Source: Raillietiella orientalis | Lineage: Eukaryota | Assembly (NCBI GenBank): GCA_036172245.1 | Contig: JAYWIR010000003.1 | Coordinates: 6,014,001-6,078,000, forward strand | Direction of reading: 5' to 3' | DNA: 64,000 nucleotides | The notes under the pieces: generated by a model | Databases searched by the model: none | What the model was told of the DNA's origin: nothing | The model's input: only the letters and a program-made list of their open reading frames with translations | Translations under genes and position numbers: made by a program | Shown: piece by piece, positions 12,322-23,599 of the stretch | Numbering within the stretch: the stretch's first letter is position 1 | How the letters are laid out: every line of letters starts with the position of its first letter

Positions 12322-12473
12322 AATGGGCCGAGCCCGGAGGAACTGCAATACCGGGTCAACCCGCAACAGGGGAGAAGAAAGCTCCAAGCATCCTCTCCAC
12401 TTCCCAAAAGGTAGCTTAATGTGCTGGCCACCAGATGGGTGGCGTATCAGATGTCAAGCTGATAAGAACAGAT
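12322..12473 (-). pseudogene. U2: 5'-truncated U2 snRNA gene (approx. nt 38 to the 3' end), interrupted by a Utopia insertion
   Basis: The minus strand reads ATCTGTTCTTATCAGCTTGACATCTGATACGCCACCCATCTGGTGGCC...CTTTTGG...GGGTTGACCCGGTATTGCAGTTCCTCCGGGCTCGGCCCA. This covers U2 stem IIa (TATCAG/CTGATA), stem IIb, a degraded Sm site, stem III and stem-loop IV with the TATTGCAG loop. The 5' part (stem I and the GTAGTA branch-point recognition sequence) is missing. Confidence 0.93.
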
Positions 12474-14900
12474 TTGTTTCAGTAAGGTATTACAAAATAT
12501 ATATAAACAAATAAAGACGGGATGGCTCTGCCGTATCTCTCTTTCTTGGGCTGAGATGATGATCAAATTTCATGACTTAAAGAGAGACTCTTCCCTTCTG
12601 CTACTGCCCCTCGCTGCAGATTGCAGGCGTCATCTGGAGGATGTCCTAGACGGTGCGTCCAGTAGATGTCCAGTGAGGCCACCATTGAGTGCTTCATTTT
12701 ATCCGCATACAACTTCAGGATGACTTCACCGTTTCGAGGGTCCCACGATCCTAAGGCACCTACATTGAACTCACAGACTTGGGTCTGAAGACCTTTTCTC
12801 GTAAACAGCAAGGCAATGTCGTGGTACAGTGGTGCCTCGGTACTCGTGGGTAATTCGTCCCGGACTTCGTGACGAGTGCCGAAGCCGACGAATACCAAAC
12901 GAATTTTTTTCAGGACCCACGATTAACGCTTAAGAAATATGCACAGGAAACACACAAATAAGGAGCATTCTATGGAAGTGTTCGGCACTGTTCGCGAGCT
13001 ACCATGAAACGAAAGTGTTCACTCGTTTCATCATGGGAGTGGGGTGTCGAGTTCCGAGCATGCGCCGAGCGTCGAAGCATTTCCTTGTCGTCGAAATGCG
13101 ACGAGTACTGAGTTTGACGAGTACCGAAGCATCACTGTACATTTTTTCTATTTCCGATCCTGTGAGGCTGAATACCCTGTCCTTGTTTTCGAAAGGATAG
13201 GATACAGTCTTGTTGGACGGCACCAACCTTCATGCTTCTGCCTGTTCTCAAGGACCGCGGCACTCGCAGCTGGAAGAGGGTGGACAGCTGTTCGAGGAAG
13301 CGAGAGAAAGGTGGAAGAATCCCTCTCGGAAAAGCTGCGGTTATCCTCAGAGCCTCTCGTCCGGCGGTTGCCTTCGTGCAGGACAGAGGGGAAAAACCTG
13401 TTGCGCGTGCCTCGACCACCGTGTGAGCAAGCGGGAGCAGCCACACGGCTGCTCTTAACTCTTCCCGTTGTTCCGCTCTTGAAGGGCCGCTTCCAGAACA
13501 GGATCCTGGAATCAAACGGCTTTGTGTACGTCTCTCACGGAATGGCATACAACATGCATTGGGTATTCATGTCACGCATTCACCATGGGAACGCGCCGAC
13601 TGATTCTGCTTCCCATTCTGAAACCGCTTTGGAGCTGCCTGAAGTGCTGATGCGGTTCGAGATCCGGGATGCTATGCGAGGTAGAGACACCACCACTGAC
13701 CTGGGAAGCCGTGAGCGGTGGTCTCGTGAAAGTAGAGGACACGGGAGCTGAGATGTGTGCCATGGAAACTTTCTGTCGCAGAGTGGCGGAGTCAGAAACA
13801 CTCATGAGCACTAGTAGAAATGTTCCTAACCTTTGAAAGAGATGTGGATCGCGCGTGGTTCGAGTAACCAGACTGGGAATAATGCAGAAGCAGAAGAATT
13901 CCGTGAATGCTTGAGGTTTGCGGAAGACTTTTGAGGATCGTGAGATTGCCCCAGAGGTTGGGACCAAAACACGGTTCTTCTCGTTAGCTAATTTCGTTAC
14001 CTAAACTGGAAACGAGTCCGGTAAAGCCGCAGCGGTTGGTCATCTTTGGAGACAAAGATTGATCGGACTCGTTTTATTCACCAGACTCACTGCAACCGAA
14101 TTTCCGGAATAGGATGCTGCTGTCGATCCTACTTCCATCTTTCGTTGGCTCCTGTAAAATTGGGTGTTGGAAGCTGAGAGGTTCTGAATCCCAAGAATCT
14201 CCCCAATACCGAATCTGCAAACGGTAGCTGGCCTCATCTCGAGGCTACCATGAATAACGATTCACGGCACTCAACACAGCCCAAACCAATAAGTAAGCAG
14301 CATGCTGAGAACTCTACAGTAGCACTGAAAAAAAAAAAGGAAAAAAAAGAAGTCTCGAAGTGAGACAGCAGGATTGGGAACTTTTGCAAAACTCGGATTA
14401 TCTTCGGCATCCCACCGGAGCAGTTTGTTTGGCAGCTGATCCCAAACTTATGACAACGGTGCCATGTGCGATTTCTACGGCATTCCAAGCGGGGAAGTGA
14501 GATTGTCTCTGCTTTCCGGTGCTTCCTCCGAACAAGGGCAGAGAATTATGAGCCTCGGGACGTTCATCAAAGCTTACTGACCTTGAACTCATGATAGGTT
14601 GCTCTCGCCACAATGCCAAAGATGAAAGAAAGCATGACAAAGGAGATCAAAACAGGGGAAGCATTTTTCGTGCTCACTTTGCCATGTCCTGAGGATTTGG
14701 ATGGAATGCCTTGCATATTGGATTCCATTTGACGTAGATACGTTTTGTACACGAGCCCTCAAAAGAAGAAAACCACTTGTGCATTTTATTAATAATTTCC
14801 GAAGAGCACCTGGGGCTATAAAGTGTTGTCTTTGTTTTTGTTTAGTGAGACGCAGTTTCATTAATCCACCTTTTTCCGAGATCTCCCATTCCTTTCAATA
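12474..14900 (-). mobile_element. Utopia (U2-targeting RLE non-LTR retrotransposon), decayed RT-thumb-CCHC-RLE with 3' UTR abutting U2
   Basis: D(+1)VSYPFEN...EKMY (ORF 12999-13226) and YHDIA...VCEFNVGALGSWDPRN...SLDIYWTH (ORF 12563-12898) are characteristic RLE C-terminal motifs. VHKA (cf. IHRARLN) lies at ~13525. The 3' UTR ends in AAA and joins TCTGTTCTTATCAG. Confidence 0.88.
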
Positions 14901-15499
14901 TGAACTGGTATCCCAGCTTTCGAAAGGATGCGGAAACGCAAGCCAGGATCCAGCGACTGTAAAATCGGTCGTCTCCTTTTCATGCTTTGAAATAAGCATA
15001 TTAAGTGAAAACACACCAAAGGAAAGCTATCTTTCCGTAGGAAAAATAATGAAAAATTGCACTTTTTATTACTTGATCATGGTTTCAGAGTTTGAAATAA
15101 CTTTTTTGTTGTAAAGAATGAAATAAATAGCTGCATCAAAATGAGCTGCATCAAATGACTCCTATAGAGTACAAATGAAAATTTAATTTCTGAGGTCGAC
15201 TGCCAGGAGTAGTACGATTGCTCGGTCAAAATGAGCCTAACGCCTCTCAGACTCGCTCTTCCAAAAAGCTCCCAGAAAAAAAAAGAAAACAAATACAGCT
15301 TCGAACCTGGTTCTCATGGAACTGTTCCTCTTAAAAGCCACGATGAAATCCTTATTGTTTTTACATATCTTGAGCAATTTGCAAGAGAACTTTTACATTT
15401 TATTTGAATAATTTTTCGGAGTTTCTCACTTCCCCGATACACGGGCATTTCTGTATGAAGCGTCATAAGCTCCATTTCGGGACTGTTTGCTTCCTAGAT

Positions 15500-16450
15500 T
15501 AAAGTTTACTTGAGATTAAGTTCCGAGACTTTTACTGTCATCCTAGATTTGCCTTTCTCTGTTTCTGTTTGCAGCATTTTGTTAAAGGTATCTGTTAACG
15601 ATTATCCCCTCACTAAGCACGACTTTGGCATGTGTGGGTCCTCAGCAGAAAAGAATTTTTTATTCCCAGGATTAAAATGAGAAGCAAATATCCCCCTGTT
15701 GATGAGTGATAATGTTGTTCAATCTGCTTGTCATGTAGTCAACCTCTTCGGCTTCTCCTCCGCAATTTTTGTGCGTAATGTAATTTTCACGCTCGCCTTG
15801 TTAAGGATTCTTATTCACAATAAAATTCCAGTAAGTTCAAGCAATCTGGAATTAAAATATGTTCATGTGTTTTTCGAAAGAGGATTTCGCTTCAAATGAA
15901 TTCTAAAAATTAGCAAGCCTTCTTTCTGTTTTCCATGTTTTCCTCGGAATTGTAGTACGTAAGACGTAAGCTTGTGCCATCGGTCGAAGATGTTCTTCAT
16001 AAATAATTTTCGGCTGCTGAATAACTGTTACCACTTTTGCTGCTAGGCCAATTGGCGTGCGCACTTGAACGCATCCTGGAAATGCTGATTGAATTTCCTT
16101 TCCATGGATCAAAAGTGGAGTTAGCCTAAATTCACGCGAATGGTGGAATCTCAGCAGATGTCGAAAAATACCACTGCATCATCCAGTCGCCCAACGGTAC
16201 TTTTCCGACGTTTCGGTTTCATTCCCTTGCCACCAGTGAATCCACAGGGCTAGTTCACATCTTCCGCACGGTTCCATAAAAATATCCGTGAGTTTAATGG
16301 GGCAGGAGAGGCTTTGCCACCTCCATCGCGACTTGGCAACCTTTAGCTGCCGCAGTCGCGTTGCGAAACGTTTCGCAACCGTCCGCAGGAATTCGAGCCA
16401 GACAATGCAACAACGCTCCCGGGTCGGAGCCGCTTGCACCATCTACCCGG
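15500..16450 (-). mobile_element. Decayed Utopia-like RT fragment (domains 3-7, internally deleted)
   Basis: RERCCIVWLEF (cf. R.C.VAWLDL) and QSLSCPIKLTDIFMEP (cf. QGCPLSP.LFNL.MEP) in ORF 16179-16442. IHGKEI...RTPIG...EEHLRPMAQAYVLRTTIPR (cf. IQG..I...GVPIG...S.LAPWQK.DA.RTF..PR) in ORF 15903-16112. Confidence 0.75.
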
Positions 16451-17747
16451 AAACCCGGAAAACGAAACGGTAGGCGCGGTTTGGGTGTTGAGGATGACCG
16501 GGGGCTGCTGAGCTGAAACGTATATAGCATTCGTGTTTCATTATATGCACATGCAAACAGCTGGTGATTCCAAAGTTCACAATGGAAGTTCAAAAAGTGG
16601 TATGTAAATATGTATGTTGTGATTCTCGTTGCCGAGGTGAACCTTTCTTGTAACCGTGAACTGACATCCGTGCACGGTGATGCCACGAATAAGCATAAGT
16701 AATTAGAGAAGAATGTGTTTTCGAGCCTTCAGTAAAAACGATAGAAAATTTTTGCATTTTCGTTTTTCCCTCGAAAGCACAAAAATCGAGACAAGAATGT
16801 TTGGCCAATTTGCTAATTGGGGTGGAATGTTTGGAATTACCATATTTTAGTTCGGTATGCATCCACGTAAATGAAATCTGCATATCTTTCAATCAATAGG
16901 TCAGTAGATTAACGATCACTAACACTTTTTTCAAGTGTTAGTAATGGTTAATTGAGTGGTTTGGACCGAAAAGGCAGAGATTGTTTAACATGAGCTTTTT
17001 GGTAGCAAAATTGGTTATTTCAAGTTTCTGGAAAGACCGTAAGATACACGTCAAGTAACATTTGGTTATGGAAACATATAATCATATGTTGCTCCGAATC
17101 GGATTATTTTAGCTAAAGTTTGTAATCATCAATTCCGATAGAGTGCCTGGAATATTGGAATACGGTTCTCCTTTAGCAGTGGGATGTTGAATTTCCATTA
17201 TGAAAGCATGGGTTAGACTGCAGAAAAATTATCCTGTATTCAGGTTTCATTGTTCGTACTATGCATGTTAGTTGTTCATCTTAGTAGCTTAGCTTAGCAC
17301 TACATGCAAGAGAATGTTGATCTACTCTAATTCAAAATTGCAAATCAGACAGAAAAATATGTCTCTAGTTTTGAACTAGAGACATAACATGATTTAGAAT
17401 ACTAGTTTAAATGATGCAGTGTGTCCAAATTTAAGAAAAAGTACAAATGCACGGTTAGTTTACTTTCATTTGGAAATTCAATGGTATAGGGGTGTGTAGT
17501 CTTTTGTGTTCATTTCATGATATTGTAGATAGATCTAAAGCTTATATGCAGTCATGCTACAGAAAAAGATTATTTGGGTATATAGTAATGTGCATAATAG
17601 GATACTATAGAATATTTTTGTAACTATCCTGTTTTTAAAGTTCCGGAAAGTATAATAAAAACCTTAATGGATTGAGGAAACATGAAACATAATATTATGT
17701 ATATTAAATGAAGTAAGACTTTAGATGCTGAATTTATATACTTTTAG

Positions 17748-20700
17748 CCACTTAGCTCCCATGTGGCCATTGGAGTTGGACAAGGCGAAAAGAGAACAAA
17801 TACCAGTATGAATTTGAAAGAACATTTTATTGTCTATCCAATTGAGAGCAGGTAATTGCCTGAAATCAACACAAATGTCATTCTTATCCAGATTGCAGAA
17901 AAATTTGTCTGTGGATTCTTCAGATCAGATAGAACAGAACCATGTTACATGGAGACGTTACAGTGATTTTGAATTATTGAAATCATTTTTGGAAGTTTGC
18001 TATCCCCAATGCCTTATACCACCACTTCCTGAGAAAAGAACTACATATGCTTGGAGGAAACTAGCTACAGATGTTCTGGATCCTAGTTTTGTGGAGCATC
18101 GCAGGAAGGGTTTGGAGGTGAGCATTCATGGTTTTTGTTGTTGTTTTTCGTTTTAATTTTTCGTTTCAAGAGTGATAGCTCCAACATGCATGTATTTATT
18201 TTTAATAGGTGTATTTTTCGTTTCTGCATTCTCAGTTAGTTGCCAGATTTAACATAAGGAAATATACAGAAATATCAGCTTTATAAAGTACATTTTTATG
18301 GCTACCTGTAGTCATGTGCTACTTTATTGATATCAAATTTTCATATTTTGACTTTCCCCAAGATTGCATGTCAACCTTTTGTTTGTAAAAACATTGTTTT
18401 AAATGATATTCTTATTGATATTGTTGTATTTATTTTAATCAATGCTGTGATTCAAATGTTAAGAGACATTTAAAGCAATAGTCGAGAATTTAGGAAATAT
18501 TGGAAAAAACTGATTGGTATGTGTTTGTATTATTCCTAACCTAAAGCAGTTAAGCATTGTTGGAATCTTTCTTGGGAATCTACTTGGTATACATTTTTGT
18601 GGTGCGAAATTCGGTGTGCTGTTTTGTACAATGTTGTCAGTAATTTGTGTATATACTTAGTGGAAATAAACATGCCTTTTATGTTTTTCAAACCAGTTGT
18701 TGTTGACTATTCAGTTAATTGAAAGAGCCTTGAGCCACAAGGCTTTCAAACTGGCTATTCAGCATGAACATTTTCATTTTATTTGGTACCAGTGAATTTT
18801 GTCTTATTGTCAGATGCAGATATTTATCTGTAATTTAGTATTCTGCATTCAAGCACGTTTACCCCCCCCACATTTCCTCCCCACACACATGCACACGCAC
18901 ACACCCACGTATACACACACAGATCTGAGTTAAGCATTTTGTAATCTTCCATTGTGGTATCCAAATTATCGTTAGCTTAACAAAATTGAGAATTGATAGG
19001 CTTCATTATGTTCGGTATTTGTATAGTATTACAAGTTCTTCATTTGGGCATTTAGGTTGTTTTATGCTATACTTGTGGATTATTGTATGCATTATGAAAC
19101 TGTATGGAGTTCTCTATCATTCCAGTAGGACAGGAAGTAGGGCTTCTTTAGCAATAATAGGTGGAGGTACTGTTATGATGAAGTGTATTGTGCTGAGGTT
19201 GTAACTATATCCGTTAAAAATTTGAAAAAGAACATTGAAACTTAGTGCAATGTTTTAAACATTGTGCTAAGTTTTAATTACATAGCAAGTAAATATTTTT
19301 ATTTGTTCTTATTTACTCTAAGCAGATGGCAAAATAAAGCTCAGCTTTTTTCCTGGTTTCACAGACTTTATTATTGTTGCCATGAATGGCATTTCGAATT
19401 CGTGGCCAAATTCTTTCGAGTGCTATTATCTTTAAGAAAAGAAAAAATAAAAACATGAGATGGGAATTGTTCACATCCATGGAATTTTAATTTTGATAGA
19501 CTTGGTTACTTTTATGAGGAAAACTTTACAAAGTAAAGGTCAAAACAGCACTCACAAAAGATGAAAAATTGAAAATTAACGTTAATTATGGCCACTGAAA
19601 AAACAGAATATGAAAGAAAATGAACAAAAGTGATTTCTAAATGAGGTAAAAATTTTCAGTATGTGTCACAGGATTATGATGTTCCATTGGTATATATTTA
19701 TTAGAATCTAGAAGCATAATGTTTGTAATATTGAATGAGTAAGAAAAATACACAAAGAAGAAGCAACAGTAATTATTTAACATTCTAATGAAAAAAATCT
19801 TCTGGGTTTGTAGGAGAAAAAAAAAATCTTGACTTAGGTTATATGCAAATCATAGACAATAAATTAAATGATGATTCGGTGTAGGGAGAAAATAGTTTTA
19901 CTTCAGCAGTTTCAGGACTGCAGTAAGTTATTTGCAATTAATAATGTGCAATTTCATTTTCTACGAAATGAAGTTCGTATAAATTTTTGAACTAGCATTA
20001 GATTTTTCTCCTGTATTGAAATAAGCATGCACAAACATGTAAGAGTACAATTGCAGCTCTGTACCAAAATGAGGTTGAAATTTAGAAAATCTGAAATAGC
20101 TTATGAACAGCTTTGTAGGAAATATATAACAAATAATAAAACGTGCATATTTAGCGAGTTTGGAAACGTTCGGACTCAACACTTTGTGTAGCATACCTTG
20201 GTGCATCATTTGAAAATTATAGAAATAATTGTGTTTCCTGAAATTGCGCAATTTACTCATTTTTGATGTGATGACAGGTTTATAGTTATACTTGCTTTAA
20301 AATCCCAGTGTGTGATCAGATAGTAACACTTCATAAATCTTTGTCTTTAAAGGACTAAAGAAAAAGAATGCAAATTATAGGCAACTACAGCTTTCTGGTA
20401 GCTGTGTAATTTTATCTCATCTGTCAATGAAATGCTGAATTCATTATGCATTATACTATGCCAGGTATTCCTGCATCGTGTTGCCAGCCATCCTTTGTTG
20501 TCAAATGAACGTTTGTTTTTGAGCTTCTTGAAAACAGAAGAGGATTGGAATAAGCAAGTGCACCAGTCAGGTCAGGTGCGAAATGATGGGTCTTAAAGAA
20601 CAGCTGCTGATTGTGGGTTGACAGAATGCTGGAATGCTAGCAACTCTGTGTTAGAACTATTGGTGGCAGCCATTTCATTGCATGAACCAGATATTCAACT

Positions 20701-21425
20701 TCAACAAGTATATGATTATAGTCAAGGGCTGCACTGTCATCTGTCAGCATTACTGCGAACACGGTCAAAAATGGCTGATTATCTTTATTCACAATCAGAA
20801 TTGCAGCGAGCATGTGGAGCCATTATGGTTCAGTGGAGCCATTTTGAAGACGGTGCCCTGGAAGACAGCTTACAGGTAATCATGTTGTTGAGTTTGTTGT
20901 TATATATTACATATTTAGAGTTGTGGTCACTTGTTGGAGGTATGCAGTAGTTGGGTAGAGGCTCTGTTGGAAGAGGAAGAGCACTGCATTGATAAATTTA
21001 AAGAATATTTATTTTATACGGATTCCTTAAACAACTTATGCAAGCGTCAGGCTTTTGTGGAACAATCAGTTCAGCATGTAATAAATGATATGCAGCACAA
21101 GAAAACTGAAATAGAAAAATCTAATGAAACACAAAGATCCTTCTCTTTGATAACTCGGATGTTGAGTGGAGGAGATGAGTATCCTAGAAGCCGCCTACAT
21201 CAACTCCAGCTCCAAGTGCAGAAGGAGGAATGCCAAGCAGCACTCCTAGAAAAGAAAAGGCAATGTTTTCTGAAACAAAGTCTTTATGATGTCGAGGTCT
21301 TCCACAAACAAAAGGAGCAGGATCTACGGCAGACACTGCGCCAGTATGCCCTTTGTCAAATCAATCTATGTAGACGTAATATCACCCTATGGGCACAATT
21401 TCGAAGTTGTTTAGATTCTAAATAA
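17748..21425 (+). CDS. SNX4: Sorting nexin-4 (PX + BAR); first exon/start codon not identified
   Basis: Exons 17748-17851, 17892-18117, 20465-20570, 20625-20875 and 20919-21425, all GT-AG and in frame. PX motifs WRRYSDFELL, PPLPEKR and DPSFVEHRRKGLE|VFLHRVASHPLL. BAR region with KFKEYLFYTDSL and QKEQDLRQTLRQYALCQI, typical of SNX4. Confidence 0.93.
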
Positions 21426-21444
21426 ACATATTTTGTATTGCACT

Positions 21445-22218
21445 TTAAACAGTTGGGTGAAGACTGAGTTTTTGCAACACAGTAAGCACCAAATTATGTA
21501 TATTTTGTGGCTTGCAATGTTCTTCCAACCATGTAAAGGTGCATGCAGATAATTCCGAGAATGAGGATACACGTACGCATGCATTGAAGGACTGATACAG
21601 AGAATCCAAAAGCAAGTGAAGGATCTGCATTTTTATCTCATCAGGAAGTTGACTTTCATGCTGATCTGGCATATTCTCATGAGTTTTCAGTATCTGCTCG
21701 TAGTTGGTTTTCATAATTTGCAATCCCGCCACTTCTTTACGAAGAGATCCTAGTTCTTCCTCTTGTTTTTTTTTTTGCTGAAGTAAATACTTTGGGGAGA
21801 TGCATCCGATACGAAATACCTATCTTACATTGATATAATCTATGGAACGCTGCAAGATAGTAGCTTTACTTAATTTACAAGGGCTAATGTTATCGAGGCC
21901 TTGTTGACACGTAGGGACAATGTACTGTAAGCTGGCATAACCTCGTTTTATAGCATCCCTCCGTTTTTGTTCAGCTTGTGTGTGTGCCTCTCTGCGACGA
22001 TCCTTGTAGCTACGAGATAACGATCGATGATCGCTATCATCATCATCAGAACAGGTGCCCACCAGGAAATCTCCAGAAACTCAAAACATATGATACCATT
22101 CACAGGACTTACCATGTGGCAAACTTCGATTGCATGAAAGTTGAGAACCATAATTTCCGATTAAGTTTTCTGTTTCAAAATTCTTTTCTTTTAATGATAC
22201 ATTTTCATCGAATTCCAT
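21445..22218 (-). CDS. MLX: Max-like protein X (bHLH-ZIP, Mlx/bigmax/MXL-2)
   Basis: Exons 22218-22113, ~22070-21829 and 21789-21445. Basic region SYKDRRREAHTQAEQKRRDAIKRGY, helix 2 KLSKATILQRSIDYI, zipper, and DCD-like SFSELSACTFTWLEEHCKPQ. Confidence 0.93.
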
Positions 22219-23599
22219 TACTAGTTAATAAAATCACAAGTATATACTTAATACAATGAAAATTGCCACATCACTTGACGCAACCCATACCTATACCTAC
22301 TTTGAACGAAACAGATTCATATAAGTTAAATAAAAACTAATCTTCTTAATGTTGAGAAACACACTGATTCTTACAGACAGCGTTGTTCAATTCAGGAAAG
22401 CACATATTAACTGCCCATTCTAATAATTAATTGCAATTTCCACGATGGAAAATTCACACGATGCAAAAAAGCAGGGCTACCAATCTTCGGAAATCAGCTG
22501 TCTAATTACACATTAAATATTTAGAACGGTGAAGCTTACGATATCATGGTATGAAGATGATGATAGAAAAAAGACTCTTCTAATAGAAGTGTTTTTGTTT
22601 AGTTGAAAATTATGACACACTGAAATGAATAATTTAAAAAAAAAAAATTAACAATAAAATTACGGAACTGATTTCGTGTTAGTGGAATAAATTTTTTAGA
22701 TCACAGTTTTCGGTTTACTTTATGAAATGCACATCTATAACGTTGACGAGCCACATAATGAAAGAGAGTCGCACAGCCTAGTTGCACTGTTATTGTTTTT
22801 GGAATGAAACGGAAAAAATAACTTTATTTACTCGAAAAATATGTGTTGAATTTTTTATATCTTTATCAAATATTCGCGTCAAAGGTTGCTTTCAAAATAG
22901 ATGTTTTAAAGCGTTTATTGTTTGAAATGAATTTAGAAGTTTGAAAGTCTCGAGTAGCTTATAAGTGAGATTACGACAAAAGATTGGCATTCCACTTTAC
23001 GAGCATCCCGATATCATCAGAATTCAAGCAAACTGCATGGATATAATGCAATTAGGAACATTTTTTGAGTATAAGCCATCCTCAGTGTCATAGCTGTAAT
23101 TAAAAAGATATGTAAAATGTATAAAATTAAACAGTGACTTCCAAGTCTTTAACGTGAAATCATGGAAAATTCGATCACACAAAAATTAATTCGAATCAAA
23201 CTACCCAAGGATGTAGTCTTTTTAATGACAACGTGGAATTATTCTTCTGAAACATTATTTTTCATATTTTTTTAAATATGCACGGAAACAGTGTTCCACG
23301 AAAAACTGAACGGACTAAATAACTATGCACGAGAAAATACCGAAGCAAAACAGATTTCCAAATAAATTAGAAATATCTGGCCATTCTGGATGCTAGATCA
23401 TAACCATCTGAAATTTATTTAAACAGTGTACTTGACAATGGCATTATTTTTATGTTATGGATATGGAAAGACTCGAAATTTCTGTCGACTGCGAAACTAA
23501 CGAAAAAGGAAAATTCGCGGTGAATTGAAGAAAATTCCTAAAATGAAACTTTCGTGACGTTATTCCCTTCAAAGTCTATTGGCAGCAAGAAGCGCATCG

